From Lingula anatina (lineage: Eukaryota; Animalia; Brachiopoda): a stretch of 64,000 bases of DNA. A program made the translations under genes and the position numbers. The stretch is taken from positions 67,868,788 through 67,932,787 of the forward strand of contig CM120640.1 of NCBI GenBank assembly GCA_051362555.1, read 5' to 3'. Of this stretch, positions 12,755 to 27,937 are shown in pieces. Positions within the stretch are counted from its first letter, which is position 1, and every line of letters begins with the position of its first letter. The notes beneath the pieces were generated by a model, which saw only the letters and a list, made by a program, of their open reading frames with translations, did no database searches and was not told where the DNA came from.

Positions 12755-15700
12755 TACCCTTTCTGTGAGCAAGTCATTTAATAATGTGATTGCCTTCACT
12801 TGAAGTTTGAAGTTGTCTGGGTGTTGGAACAGCTGTTTCAGTACATTTAACCCTCCATGCTCTAGAAACTTCTGCTGTGCATAAGGGAATTGGCGCAAAA
12901 GGGTGGCCATGGCGTACAACAGCCTCCTCTGTACTGAGGATGATGATTCTGTAGACAACACACGGATCAGACGCGGCACTGCACCAACCTCCATAGCAGC
13001 TATTTGCACTTTTGGATTACTAAAAAGGAAAAAATATATAACATACATTTCTATGACAACCTTTTATTTTTGCATAAACTGTACTTTGTATAAATATTAA
13101 GTTTTAGTATGACTTATAAAACTCAGAAGTTGCCCTTTTGACTGTCCACCCAAACATTAAAATATCTACCCATTTGTTGTATATGCAACATTTTCTCATA
13201 ATCAAGAAAAAAAACTAATAACCAGTATTACTGACGAGATTTTTTTTCCTTCAATCAGGTTCAAAAACACAAGTAGACAAACAGATCTAGCTGCAGTCAC
13301 AAGATCCCCCTTACTTTTCTAACTCTGATAAGAAATAAATTGCCAGTCAGCCTGGTCATAAACATGATGAAGTGTCTATTCTCTCCCCACAACAAGGAAT
13401 GCTAAGTATCCCATCACCACTTTGTGTTTCAACTTTAAATGCAGTATTTAGTGGCTGCCGTTTGTGTATGCCTAGTGAGGCAGAGGCTGGAATGTCAGGA
13501 AGGCAATAAAAAATGCACCAGTGCCACCATCCCTGAATGGGTTCTCTATTACTTAAGATGCCACTGCAAGGAAACTTTTTTTTTTCCTCAACTAACATAA
13601 CTTTTCAATCTTGATTTTTTATTATTTTTTTTCAAGGACTCTTATTCAGGTAGGGAAAAAACTGGAAGGTGCACTTACCCCTGCATAGCAGAGCCTAGAA
13701 CCAACGCAGCCTCTCCCCGGATATCAATGTTGGAGTGATTTAGCAACTTAACACATACATCTAATCCACCAATTCCTGCAAAATGCTGGGCATTGTCCAT
13801 CTGAAATAGAATTTTTAAAAACTTTATGAGATCAATCTGAAATGCTCATTGAACAGCATGCCTCTGATAGGTGCTGCCACCTGTGAACAGACAGCATCAC
13901 TAAGATATCACTCTTCGTGGTGCTTTTAACATGTATTGCCAGTGTCCTATTTTATATCTTAAATATCCCTTCTTATCTTTATTTTACAATTTTGCCATCT
14001 GTATAAAGGGTTTATCACAAACATGTAGAAATAAACATTGTTTGCTATAATTTCTTTTAAAAGGCTGCATTTTCTATAGTATCTGACACTGCGAGCCTTG
14101 TGATACCTTTCATACTGTGAATTAAAACGAAAAAATTCCTTAAAAGGTATTGTTTATATCCCATTGATGATAAGACCATGCATGCAAGAATGTGTAGTGC
14201 CCTGTTCAAACAATTAAAATTGAACTCTCAAGGTTTCTAGTTCATACAAACAACATTTGATATCAATAAAATTGGCACCAACATAAAATTCCAGACTTTT
14301 TTCACATCATGAATGTCAAATAATGAAAAAAAAAAAACTACATGTAGTAAGGTAGATATGAGATGAAAAGATAAGAGTGAAGAGATAACAAACAAGATCA
14401 AAAAGAAAAATGGGCTATCAGAGAAATGTCTGCTTGTCTTCCATAAAATAGTGGACAGAAAAATAAAATCACCCAAGAACACCTTGTAGAATAGATGTAT
14501 TGTAATTACATTTACAACCCTCTCTTTCACTGAAAGATTTTGTCACAAAAACCTATCACATATCATATATAACCCACATAGGATCAGCATGTACTTTTTC
14601 CCTATTGTAAGCAAGTACCAGATACTATCTAATGTCATTAAATACTGTCACTATCATGACTGGATCGTTGTTGCACTGGTGCTAACAATTTGTAACACAT
14701 AGTTTTAAGTCTGATAAGCGGCATCAATGACACTTCAAGGTGAAACTGTAATAATGGCTGATTATTGCTACATCTGATAATATTCAATTAGGAAGGGTCT
14801 GAATTCAGACTGCTTGCATCTGAAAGCAGTTTAAAGGTTGGGGTAATACAGAAAGTATTGTAGTCCACTATAACAGATATATATGCAGGGTAATAAAGGG
14901 TGAATACTTCCAATAGAAGTCAATTTAATATTCTTTATATGTATCCAACTGTATGTAAATATGTAGACTAATTAAGGGAAAAAAGACAACTCCTAAGTAC
15001 TTTCTATAAGAGTCACAGACATGATTCAACAATTTAGCTTTAGAAAAGCTAGTATTATAGAAGGGCTGTAGGCAAGTGCTGGTTGGTTTAACATCTAACA
15101 GTACACAAAAATGTACATTATATAAATTAGGCAGCAGTTCTCGAAAAACATGGAGAACACAAAAAGCTGACAAGAATGAGAAATTATAGGTTGGAGGAAA
15201 CTACACAGATATGATTAATATCCAGTTTCTGTTATTTCTATTGTTAGTTCACATCATGTCTGTAGTATCCCACACAATATTTTGTGGTACGATGAGGCCA
15301 AGCTTTGTGATTACTGTGGTTCAGATTTGTGGTATGATAAGCTATTGAAGTTATCAGCATTTGAAAAGATAGCACCAAGCATTTTTTTTAACATCATCAG
15401 ACAAGCCAAGGCAAAGGAAGCGATGTATTCTTATTCAACAAAAAAAATTCAGGAGGCACTTGTAGGGCAGAGACACCCCAGGCTTCTCCTTAAATATGAA
15501 TTTTCAAAATTCAACCTGTCCCAAGGCTTTTATCTGTACTTTAACAAGGGTTATTATCTGTGTTCATATAACACACCTACACATTTTCATGCTTCTGCCC
15601 AAGCTAAGTGGGGTAACTGTTCATAATCCACAGCCGATACACAATTTAAATTAGTGACAGAAAATACATCCTTCATTGATATTTAACTAATATTGTATTC

Positions 15701-18700
15701 AAGCCACTACCAAAAGTAACTGGTGAAGATCTAATGCGAACTTGACATTTACCTCAATACTTTCAGAAAATTAATTCATGTCTTCAGAGCATGGCGTGTT
15801 CTTTTCACTGTTCACGTACAGTATTACTGAAGTACCAAAGACCTGCTGCCCTACACTGTTCAAGCAAAAATAAATTATACATAAAATTAAACCATTGATT
15901 CAATACCTGTCTTGCAGTTTAAGTTTACAGTGTATAGCTAGTAACAATTGCATTTGATCAGTATGTACAATAAAGCAGATACTTTTATAATATAAAAGAA
16001 CAGAATTGCTCTGGTATCAAATATAGTATGTTTCCTGCTGGTAATATCTCATTACACACACATGCAACAATCAATGGTGAAGGAAATCCAGTCAATTTGT
16101 TTCAATTTGCAAACCCTGTAACTTCACATCCTTGCTTATTAGATGAACTTGCTTCATTTGGCTAGCATTAGAGAAGTTAATGATCTCTGATCAGTGTGAA
16201 TATATTCTGTCCCTAATTCTGCACCACCTTTTTTTTTTACTATACAACTACATATATAATATCAATTTAAAATCTAAGAATATCAAAGAAAATATGTAGG
16301 CTTCTGAATGGTTAGGTAACAGGGCACCTTGCCTGGTGCATTATGCTTATAAAAATTAGCCCCATCTGAATGGATGTCATTTGGGTGAATATTTGACCAG
16401 AAATTTTACCATAATATATCAATAAATACAATTTTAAGTACCTCATCTAGGAAGCAGACAATGCCTGTTAATCTGTCCTGAAATGCCAATTCATTAAAAA
16501 ATTTCAAATTCCCGTACTTTTCAGAGTGCTGCCTATGGCCATACAAGCTACAAATCTTTCAGCACATTTAGCTGTTAAAACCTGAACCAAATTTCTACTC
16601 ATTTCTGTAAACTAAGGTAGTGCAGAGACACCAAGCTTTCAACAACTCATTTCTTGAATTCACTGGTGAAAATGCACCTCTTCATGAACCAAGCCAGACC
16701 TTTCAACACACTGTAATCAGGCTCTAAAATAACTATCTGTGGAGTCTATTACATTTATGCAACTTTCCAGACAATCAGAATTTCATTATTTTAACCAATG
16801 TGCCAGCAATGTAATACATTTCCTCTTTCATATGTTGCAATCACAACTTTCTTTCCTATACACAAGATAAGAATTTTTTCTATTCCCTTTAAAGAAAAGA
16901 ATTTCTTAAACATCTTTTCAGTTTTATTTTCCTGTCTTTTTTTCATCTTTTGCTTATTTTTTCATATTTCCTATTGTGAATCCAATTCACTGCATGGAAA
17001 CCAGTAAACATGCCTTACTTTTCTTTGCTGCAGGTCAAGGTGCTTGACTTAAAATTACCTGAAGAGAAAAACGGCTTCCCACAATCTTAACATTTTTTCT
17101 CATTAAATTAACCCTATAAACATCTTGATTAAGGTTAATGGGCACAAAATTACATCAAATTTTCACTGCAGCTGTGACATGATGGCTTGATAATGAGCAG
17201 AGTCTATGTCCCACGTTATGCTTCTAATAACCTGCCTACAGAAATGAGCATTTTCATCCCTTACGGACCTCTCTCCTTCCCCAATCTCACAGTTATGTAT
17301 TTAAAAGTGAACTGTCATTATCTTGGTCACTGATCAAAAAGCTTGAAGACATGATTCACTTGTGACACACATCACCACATGCAAGACTGGTTTTCAATAA
17401 AATGGCTTATGTAAAAACTACTCTTTTTATTTTCTTTTTAAAATGTTTAAACATCTAGTATTGCCACAATGTGCTATTAGCTGCTTCACAATAAGAGATT
17501 TAGAGATTTAGCTATGGATAATCTAAAAATGAGAAAAAAGGACTAGCTTATAAACTTAAACATGGAATATGAAATCAAGGGAAAGCACCTTGACCTGCAG
17601 CTTATAAACTTAAACATGGAATATGAAATCAAGGGAAAATCTGTTCACAGTAGTACACAGAAGTGTAAAATCAAAAAGACAAACTATTCTTATGAACTCA
17701 AAAATATAGCACTTCTTTCACAGTACTCAATGAACAGGAGTCATCCTAATAAAGAGGTGTCATTTGAATAGACTTCAAAGGGGGAGGACACAATACACCT
17801 TACTCAGTAGATTTTAATGCTTATTCACATCATGATTCTCTTCATACCTGTTAATGATATAGTCTAAATTACACAGTACATAGAGTCCATACGATGACAC
17901 CACATTACTGTCTATGAGTTCACACACACTTCACACAAGACACAGCATTAGCTTGTGCTTGACCACTGGCTAAACAATATTCCATTTTAAATCAATTCTT
18001 ATGAAGTTATCAAAGCCCATGTTTAACAGATTGAGCCATCAAGGGACTCCCAGTCAGATACTAGATGACAATTATGGCTTTACAATCATCAAAGCTGCCT
18101 CTCCTTTCAGACAAGTAAGCAGCATGAAAGGAGAGGGAGTTGTCAGGGTAAAAAGGATTTCGCCTGACATAAAAGCTTCCTACTGCGAGTGTAAGTATTG
18201 CATGGGCCCTCCTTGCAACCGCTACAATACAGCCCTGTAATCTCCAGTAATAATCCCTGCCTCTAAATTTTCATAATTGATCCGTAAATGACAAACTGTC
18301 CACTTCATTAAATGGATCTCAATGTATTTTATTTATCATCTCAATGGGGTGGTCCTGGGGGACCCTGTACTGGAGTAATTCAATGGTCAGATGAGACGAT
18401 TGGTACAATAACTTTGTTCAGCTGCTTGGTTCGAAAAGAAAAAGAACACCTTCATACTGGGTGGTATGCTGTACTACATCAAGTCTACCTTCGGGATAAT
18501 CTTCTTTTTTCATTCTTTTTTATTTGCGACTATAGACATGGCTTTAAAGGTATTAATAACCCCAGTCAAGTTTTAAGATGTTTTGTGGAATAACTGCCCT
18601 GTCCTAACCAGATTACTCATAAAGATAAAATCACAAAGCCAGAGTAACAATACCCAAAGGGGCTCTGGGTGAAGGTGGAAAGGTATACCTTGTTCCAATA

Positions 18701-21700
18701 AAAAAACAGAGGGCAAAAGGTTGAAGACACTATATTTACAGGCTGAGATAAATGGACATGGTAATTTTCTTTCTTCTTGCCGTTTTCTTTTTTTTTCCTT
18801 TGAAGTTTTCTCGCTTTTGGTGCTAATTAGAAGCCTTCCTAAATATGTACATTCCAATTGTGAAAATAAGCTCTCTAAAATGAGAGTTTATACAATTTAA
18901 AGATGTATAAGACAAGAGATAAGAAAATAATGATAGTCTCTGTAAAATTGACATAAAAATTACATCAATTCACGACATGATGAGTATGGGAGAAGTGGGG
19001 AAAATGATGTGGTTTTTCCAAATTGTTGGTGACAAGATATAAACAGAAAGAAAATATTTCTTTGATCGCTGAAATAAAGGCATTTGTATCTGGTTAACCC
19101 TGCTATGAACGGAGAAACCCATTTTCAAGACAGTAGCTAAAAATATGAAGTTTTATACAAAAAAAAAAAGAATAACAAAAAGTGAACTATTTAATTTTTT
19201 CCGCAGCAGACAAAGATTCATCTAATTGCATTATCAACAAGCTCTCTGGCACCAGATGGAACACCTTAACAATGGCAGTCTTTTCCTTTTTTAACTTATA
19301 AAAGGGATTCTATTTCACGCCATTAATAAGCTGTCGGAAGCAATGCAGTCCCAGTCCTGGCAGATATTCCTATTAGACTGTGTAATGGGCCCATTCCAAG
19401 TATGCACAGGTCAAGAAAGAGAGGTAAAAAATGACAAGTTTCATATTGAAAATCTGGTGATTTTACCACAAAACAGTAGTTTGGCATGCTTCTCTTTTGT
19501 TCCCAATGATTTTCTCCAATTTCTCTAAATTGTCCCTGTAATTTGTTCATTCAAAACATCTAATGTGTGTTTTTCTGTTGGTGACCATGAAAGGTAACTC
19601 TACTCCCCAACAATGGTTGCAATTTTTCCCTTCACTAAACAGGAAAATGTCACAGAGGGTATAATGAATGTGGCACTGGCCATAGCCCAGTTGCTAATGA
19701 TGGCATAGGGGTGAAGCAGATGCCATACCTTCTCACCATCACACACAAGCAGGCGTCTCTATCCACCCCCTCCCCAAATACTACAGACACTTCCCCCTGT
19801 GCAGTGGGTCAGCCATTATCAGAACAGGATCTGCTGGAGGTGACATTGGGCACTGTCACCCCCATCATTTGTTCACAGCATTAGACACTGATCTGTTACT
19901 CCAGACAAGACTCTTGGTTGGTGGTACCCGTATTTTCTCCTTCATCAAATGTCGACTACTCACTGACGCACCTTTCCTACCAAACATGCCATGTGCTCAT
20001 ATATCACCATTTGAACATTGGAATGTGAATGAATCTTGCGATCAAATTTTGGCACAACTATTAGGGAAATTGTTCGTCCTGATTTTATAACTGTAGCTAA
20101 CTCCACACAATCTGAGCACCAGCTACAAAGTATCAACTGGTGAGTGTCATGTGAAAACCTCCCCTGACCTCTGCCTAAGCAAACAAAACCCTTAGGTGCT
20201 GGCCCTTTTGGAGACATGCACATCTTTCCCTTGACAGTCTAGACAGATAACAATACCACATTTAATGTAATAATGGAAGTAAATTTTTGTATTATAATTT
20301 ATATCATCATGTCCTTAAACCATACCAAGTCACTCAATCTGAAACTGACAGTGTACATTTAAGTCTGGGGATCAAGTTCTAGGGTCCCCCTACCACAGAG
20401 TGTCAACAAATACAATTGTTATGTCACTGTAGTTTACAGGCTCTGCTGGTACCATCGTGATTAATCTGACAACAACACATAATTTCACTTTATACTCTAT
20501 TCTATTAAATGGGCATTTAACCATCAACTGTGGTGCCATAAGTCAAACCCATGCCTTTGATACTGTAAACACTTTTATCATTTATCATATTTTGCCAGCA
20601 TGGGTCTATCTGTATCAATACCATACAAAGGGAGGGGGGAAATTGAGCAGCCGAATATAGCAGGCAACGTGCAGTTTGGCATGGCTTCTAACTCATTGAT
20701 TCAAAAACTTCCAATCAGACCACTGACTATGTGATTTTCAACTTTTTTCAGGGGTAGCATGGTACAATCCATATGAATTTTCATAGACCTCAGGTTCAAG
20801 AAATATGTGGCAATATAATTTATCAAGTGATAGACTCTCTAACACAAAAGTTGATAATAATTGAATAAAATGAAAAAAAAATGAAACAAAAATAAATTTT
20901 AACATTTTACCTTATGAAAACTTTACTACATGATTCCAATATCATTTTTCAGGAACATTCCATAAATATGTCCAACTAAAGAGTTTGATAATAAAATATG
21001 GCATTAATTACCTCAGACACTACTTTATTGTTATAATGGTATAGTATATAGGCCATGACCTTACATTGCCTTTTGTATCTTCTTCATTTGAGATATACCA
21101 GATGGCTCTCAAAGTCAAGATATTACTTAACATAACCTTGAAGGCCATCTTAGTTGCTCTGAGACCCATTAGATAAACAGCTACCAATGCAAGGCTCTCA
21201 GATGTTAGTCACCATGTCCAGTTGAAGAGGAGAGATTGAATCTGATATTATAACACTAGTGCTAATTACTGGTCCAAAACTCCTGGCCCAGGTACCAAGG
21301 AGTCCCTGGCTTGGGCTGTGTGGGGCAGGGGATGGTTTTCTCACTTTACCTGCATATCATATACCACCTGTGGAATGTAGGTGTACACAACAACAGGCAA
21401 GTGGAGGGTGTTATACAGTATGACTCCACGTGATGAACGCTGCCTGTATCCTGTGTATCATCTGCCAATCTGTACTGGATTTCAACACTGAAAATCCGCA
21501 TAGCCATTGCCATCAGAATGATTCTGATCTCTAGATGGTCAATTTGTGTCAGGGTGTATAAAAAAAAACATTTCCATTCAAGTTTTTTATTTTACCTGCA
21601 ATTCACCTATGATTCTTTCCTTTTACAAGGTATAAAATCAGGTGGTCTCTTACAGGCAAGTAATACTTAATGCAGTCTCTGAACCCAGTAATTTTGCAAA

Positions 21701-22925
21701 TCCTGTGTAGAATTAATGAGGATCCTTTACTATTGTTTAAGATCCCATCCCTATGCTACTGAGAGATGTGGCAGGTGTCATGACATCTGTCAATCACAAG
21801 ATCAAAGGTCAATCAAAAGTCCTTAAATGCTTTCAACAATTGTTAGTGATATCATTAGACATTAGATATCCAGCACCAGAGCTCCAAGCCCATTTAATGT
21901 TTATTGAAAATGATAGAATGTCTTTAGCAAAATGACAAGCACTTACTTGATTAACTTTAGATTAACATGAAAATAAACCATTACGTCTCTTTAATTTTAA
22001 AATATATGCAAGAAAATTATGAAAATAATGCTGTTCAGTAAATGTTGCCACTCATATAATATTTATTACACTTTACCTGGTGAACATAATATTCCAAGTC
22101 GGTCAAAATAGTCATCTGTCTTTCATTGTCTAGTTTTTTCTCTTTAAGTTCCTCAAACAATTCTGTGATAATTTCTTGGTCTGTTTTCACATTCATATTA
22201 AATTTTGCCATATCTTCTTTGAGTTCTTCATAACTCTTAAACTTCTTTTTCAAACTCTCTTGTTTAATCTGAAAAGTAGTGACAAATAATTAAGTCTTAA
22301 ACAAAAAAACAGTAAAAAATAAAAAATATTTGCCGTAATACTTTCAAAGTTGAACATAAAAACATCTAAAAAGTAATTTTTGCACTGATAAGCTAAGAGC
22401 AAAGTCCACAACAAATTCTATTCCACATTTTCCATCAGGTTTATGTAGACTTTTTTTATTGTTGATTACAGTCATATACCTTGTCATCCCTAACATCATC
22501 TTGTGTGGCCTTGAACTCTTTAAGAGCCCTCTTTAATTCCTCTGCTGTAAACTGCTTACGGTCAGTGTTCACCATACCTGAAGGGAGAAAATGGAAAGTG
22601 TAGTTAAATCACAGTGTAAAAAACTATTCTTATTTTCATGAAATCTTATTGCTAAAGACACAAAAAAGTGTTAATGTTACATGTCAGTGATACTCAATTG
22701 TTAACATGACAATTGGTATGATAAGTATCGAAAAGCACATTAATAGTTCATGATGAAAGAAATACCATATATAAAGTCCAAAATATGCAGATAAATCATT
22801 CATAAGTTATGACAAAAATTTACTTTGTTACCGGAAACAACATTTCTTGACTATGTGCCTTAACTCTGTATTGGTGACTATAATTTGCAGTGTGCACCCT
22901 ATTATTGTGGGAATCATCTCATCTC

Positions 22926-22974
<49 letters not shown>

Positions 22975-24977
22975 AGATAATCAATATTCATTTCAGGTTC
23001 ATTCCAAACTATGTAATAACATTTTTAAGCATGTTTCTGAATTTATTGACAGCCAGTTAACACATAATGGTTGTTCTTTAAATGTAACTAAAACTATTGA
23101 TGTAGAAATCATAATTTGAAGAAGCAGCATAATTATAGCTACAGACAATACACACTAAATCAAATATGAAAAATGACGTGGGTAAGTCAATCATCTGACA
23201 GTCTGGCCCACATGGTAAGCATGTAACCCAAAACAAGACAATTGCACGACAAGTGTGGAAATGTTCAATCACACTCTCTGGACACTATAATCTACACCCA
23301 TTACAGAAAAGATACATGTATATACAGGCAGGATGATGTACAAAGAGAATCCAAGAAGGCAGACAAAGTGAGGGAACTAGATCCAGAGTGGTTTTAACGC
23401 AGGCTTCCCACAACCTGGTATCTGTGTACAGCCTGTGGGCATCACGTGGGCATCAATCAAACCACAGTGAACGGAATCCAACAATTTGAGACACAGTCTG
23501 GAAGGTGAAGCATTTCATCAATCATAGTTTTACAGACATATTCCTTTGTACTTCTTCCTCACAGATTGTAGACTTGAAGCAATCTGTACAAGTCCTCTGG
23601 AATGTCTGTTTGTTCAAAACGGGAGATCAGGTTCATCAGGAAAAAAGTCATTAGCAGGGAAAAATACCACTTTAGATCTTTCCTTTTATTATTACCATGT
23701 AAGTCAAAGTTCAAAGTCGCCCCTCTATCTCATGTTATAACTGAATAGGGCAAACCTTATCATTACTGTTATTATTAAACTCTGATATACATTTATCAAA
23801 AATACTCTTGATCCTTTGTTGGAATATTAGCTGTAGATTTAGTAAACAAACCAAAATCTTTTATGTCAAAACATTTTCTATCAATGCCCTTATATGGTAT
23901 ACTTCTTCAGCAAAGTGTGACTTTATGAAAACATAAAAAAGGAAATTCCTCAACCTCTTGAAGTGAGATGAAAGCATTTTTGCCAATTTTAATAGTATAA
24001 AAAAGGTAAGTGTTTATGTTATATAGATGTTTTTCAGCTTCCCTTAATGAAAATATGATTTACATGAAAAAGGCTCTAAACTCATGAAATTTAATGCACA
24101 CCACATCTCATCATGACAAGATTATTAAGGAGGACCATATAAAATATTTCTAAGAGGAATGACAACTGACTCCACACTGTTGATACAAAGAATGATTAAG
24201 AGAATTTTTTGAATATATTACGTAAAATATTCTCTCTTTAATCACAGAGGTGATATCTATCCCAAAATATTTCATACAATGAGTGAAAAGCACAAAATAT
24301 GATTGAACTGCAGTGTAAATGGTATATTTAGCTCAGCATTTTTGGGTGATACCTTAAAGTCAACAAAATATATCAACTACACATAACCTTTCTTCTAAAT
24401 ATTCTATAAGGATTTGAGACAAACTTAAAGTACACTTTATTAGGGGTGCTTTACCTCGGATACAGCTTCCTTCCGCTACATTCCCTACCAAATACCAGCT
24501 GCAGGACATTTCAACAGTCGCCTTTATGCACCAAGTACAAAAACCTTTTCCTTCTGAATGTCGCGACAACGTGGGACATTTCTCACAGTGAAACTCATCC
24601 TTTTGGAGCCAGTGTCAAGAAATATGTAGGGATGAGAGAATCTTGTGACAAATTCACGTTCCAGTATTACCTCTGGCAATCTCAAAGTTCTCAAACCAAA
24701 CTACCACGCAAAGAATTTGTATTTGTTAAAATGAAGTGTATTATTGCATGTGGTCTTAGCGGTGCCACTGTCACCAGGATCTACACTTGTGGTAAATACA
24801 AAGAATTTATTGGTTGCCATCAGCAGTTTTGTTGGCTGCTCCAACAGAAAAAATGTTCCAGAACGTATGTGTTGTAGCACTGGCCTTGAACTCTAAAACA
24901 TGGTGCACTTTGGTGACGGTAAATGGAATGTATTTTTTCAGTCAAATTATACTGGTGACACTCTCTACGAAAAAAAG

Positions 24978-25021
<44 letters not shown>

Positions 25022-27185
25022 CTAATACTATCGATGCACAAAGGCAAATATCACTGAAAAATATGTTGACATTCATGATTTAGAGCCATAATACTATTAG
25101 AAGTTAATTCAAAAGGCTGTATAGAAGTCCAATCCTATCATCCACAAGAGTGACGCACCTATGTACAGTTGGAAACTTGGTAGTAGATATGACAGTAAAA
25201 CATCTTACTTTTTTATATAAGGGAGGAATCGATCATGTCTTTTTTTCAAAGATTGCATCACACTTGGAGTATTGTTTTTTTCTTTAAGCAAACAGTAATA
25301 TTTGATTAAAATCCTAATGTTAATAAATCCATAAATTGTTTTTACTGGCATATCTCTTTGCAAAATTTAGACAAGAAATAAAAAGATGCAGTTTTGTCTC
25401 TTTCAATGTGTAAGAAGTGTATTCTTAAATAAATTGTATCATGGCATAGTGAAGGACGGAAGGGGGTGTAAGTATAATTTGTGACTTTGACACATTTTGA
25501 GACAAAATGTTCTGCTGCATAATTCACATACACCAACTGGTTCATTTTATAGTGTACGAAATTATGTTTCAATTCATGTTTTTGACTTTGAGGAGCTGCC
25601 ATTATAAGGGATTGGCTTCCATTTTCACATGCAATTTGACTATTGTCTGCAGGAATGTAGCGGGGGGGGGGGGCAACTAAAGGGGGAAAAAAACCACTTT
25701 TTCAGAAAAAGAACTCCCTTTTGAAACTGTCAGCTACAGGGCTGTGTGTTACAAGCATTGTAATGTTGTTCATTACCTCTCTTGTCCCCCTGCTGCCAGT
25801 ACTTGATGCCACTATCTCCATCCATTAGTTTGGCCTCTTTGTGACCTGTCTGAAGGTTCATGCGGACATGGAGCCCTTTTGGAATAGCCTGACCTACAGC
25901 AGTGGTAAAAGTTTAATTAGCATATACATTGTATCTAATTACTGTATCTAATTATACAAATCGTGTTCAATGAGTATACAGTATTCAATGTTTGCAATTT
26001 ACCTCTAATAATTCAGGCATGTTTATGAATATATAAATGGAACTTTTAACTCATACAAAGTTTTTCTTGTCTTAATTCATGATGCACTGGGGAAAATTCA
26101 GAAGTAAGAGTACTCCATTTTCTCAAGAATTAATTGTTATAATTACATACCATCTCCTATAGTCTTCCATTCTTTTGTTGGATAAAAGACATCTACCTCA
26201 TCTTCACCATCTCCTATCTGAACAGATTCCTGTGCATCTAACAAAATTTGAGCAATCATAAATCCTCTTATACTAAAATATCTTGATTACCCATAGTGCT
26301 TGAGAATTGCTCTTTGAATACTGTATCATTAAAAAAATATAGTCATATTAAATAAGACAAAAACTTCAGTTTGTGAAATGATTTCATGTTTCATTATATT
26401 TACATACCAGCAATTGTCACTTTTTTATATAAGGGTGCTCCTAAGTGGCAATGCCAGAAACCTCTTCATTTCAATCAAAATTGAAATTATTCAAGACAGC
26501 CTAAAGTCTCACAATTTGTCATTAAAAAATCATGCTAGATTTCAAAGAATTTGGTGGAGAGTGGGCTCAGAAATAATGGCAGACTAACAGACATAAACTG
26601 ACAGTACCTATCTATGGATATTTTTCTGGTTGTTTTTTGCGGTCTCCTCTTGGCGTAAAGTAGAATACAGTGAAGCTGGTGATTTTAGTATGTTGGAAAC
26701 AAGAGGAGGTGTGTCCTTCATTTAATCTGATTGCACTCAGCGAGAGTCCCCACAGAGTTGGACTGATCTATGTAGACCAATGGGAATGGAATCTAATACG
26801 CAACAGCGCCAATTCTCCAGGTTTTGTGTTTTGCTTTGCAGTGCTTTCTAAAATGAGATTCCCAGCTCATATATTTTCACCTTTATTAATCACTGAAAGT
26901 TAACCCTACTGCATGCAGATTCTCGCATGTTTTCTGGTCTGGAATGACGTCATGCAGAGTACAGCCTTGTTTTAGGCTAACTCAGATGATTACCGTTAAT
27001 AGCTATAATTTGTGGATAAAGTCTAACATGCAAAATTTATTATGCTGCATCTTACCTGCATTATCCTCATCTTCCACTTCGACTGCCACTAGAGCATTAT
27101 TCTGGTCTTGATCGACAGCATCTAAGCTGACAGATGAAATGCAGAACATTAACAGACACAAGGCCAAACCTGCAGGTGCAACCAT
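11652..27185 (-). CDS. SIL1: Nucleotide exchange factor SIL1 (BiP/HSPA5 co-chaperone), complete spliced CDS, 9 coding exons, 1377 nt = 458 aa + stop
   Basis: Exons (- strand) 27185-27056, 26237-26151, 25893-25777, 22577-22480, 22268-22077, 13800-13679, 13019-12758, 12398-12331, 11952-11652, all with GT-AG boundaries and compatible phases. The protein has a signal peptide ([20 protein letters not shown]), SIL1 motifs [73 protein letters not shown] and QGWCE, and ends in KDEL. Confidence 0.96.
12331..12398 (-). CDS. SIL1: SIL1 coding exon 8
   Basis: 68 nt, [22 protein letters not shown]; ttgcag/gtaagt boundaries. Confidence 0.9.
12699..12752. repeat. (CT)n microsatellite next to a SIL1 splice donor
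   Basis: Direct reading; explains the RERE run in the ORF track. Confidence 0.95.
12758..13019 (-). CDS. SIL1: SIL1 coding exon 7 (ARM-like repeats)
   Basis: 262 nt, [17 protein letters not shown]...[13 protein letters not shown]|gtaagg. Confidence 0.94.
13679..13800 (-). CDS. SIL1: SIL1 coding exon 6
   Basis: 122 nt, [40 protein letters not shown]. Confidence 0.94.
17545..17638. repeat. Direct duplication, 40-bp identical core, 54-bp period
   Basis: AGCTTATAAACTTAAACATGGAATATGAAATCAAGGGAAA at 17545 and 17599. Confidence 0.9.
22077..22268 (-). CDS. SIL1: SIL1 coding exon 5
   Basis: 192 nt, [20 protein letters not shown]...[10 protein letters not shown]|gtaaag. Confidence 0.94.
22480..22577 (-). 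CDS. SIL1: SIL1 coding exon 4
   Basis: 98 nt, [32 protein letters not shown]. Confidence 0.9.
22929..22968. repeat. (CT)n microsatellite
   Basis: Direct reading. Confidence 0.95.
24978..25018. repeat. Compound (GT)n(AT)n microsatellite
   Basis: Direct reading. Confidence 0.9.
25777..25893 (-). CDS. SIL1: SIL1 coding exon 3
   Basis: 117 nt, [38 protein letters not shown]. Confidence 0.93.
26151..26237 (-). CDS. SIL1: SIL1 coding exon 2
   Basis: 87 nt, [28 protein letters not shown]; ag/gt boundaries. Confidence 0.9.
27056..27185 (-). CDS. SIL1: SIL1 first coding exon (signal peptide); exon starts at 27196 with 11 nt of UTR
   Basis: Acceptor tttttttag at 27198-27197, ATG at 27185, donor GCAG|gtaaga; encodes [43 protein letters not shown]. 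Confidence 0.85.
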
Positions 27186-27937
27186 CTTGGGGCAACCTAA
27201 AAAAAGCATCATCAACAAAAATAGGAGACAAAATTGCAAACGGAACACAAATATTTTGTACATAAGGTACATAATTATTATTGACAATTTCTATTTCATG
27301 TTTTTTATAAATTCATCTTCCATGCATTAGACCCAACATTTAAGAAAATAAATGCTTTATTCATTGAAATATTTCATGATATCTTGTCACATACAGTAGC
27401 CATTACATATGATTACCAGTGTTTCTGCCTCTAGACATGGTTCTTATTTCAAGATATATCAATCTTCAGTAACTTTTATGTTTTGATTTCCTATGTTCTG
27501 AAAAAGAATATGATATATATCGTTTTATGATGTAATGTAATAACCAGTGCACGAAGCACTTCTAAATTTGTTTGGCATTGAAAATAAAGGCTGTCCGCAT
27601 TAAGTCGTGCTATTTTCAATAAATAAATGCACGAGGATGACACCGTTTGCTTTTGGAAAATATCATACTTGTAGAAAGCCACGTTGCCTGCACTGTTTCC
27701 ACAAGCGTGTTAAAAAGCTGATATTTAACAGATCATCAAAATCCATTCAATGATTTAGCTTCATTATACTGGCACAGACAAAAGATAATTCTACGGGGAA
27801 AATAAGATCCTACATTGATATAATGTTCCAAATACCCCATGGTACATAGGCTATACCCACCTATAAATTTTCTTCTTCTTCTGTTTCTCTCTGAAAAATT
27901 CGTATGATGTAAAGTCATTGAAAAGTGAAAACAAACT

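Noticed and set aside
24446-24877. 143-aa + strand ORF in a SIL1 intron
   Set aside because: Non-ATG start, no recognisable domain, no supporting splice structure.
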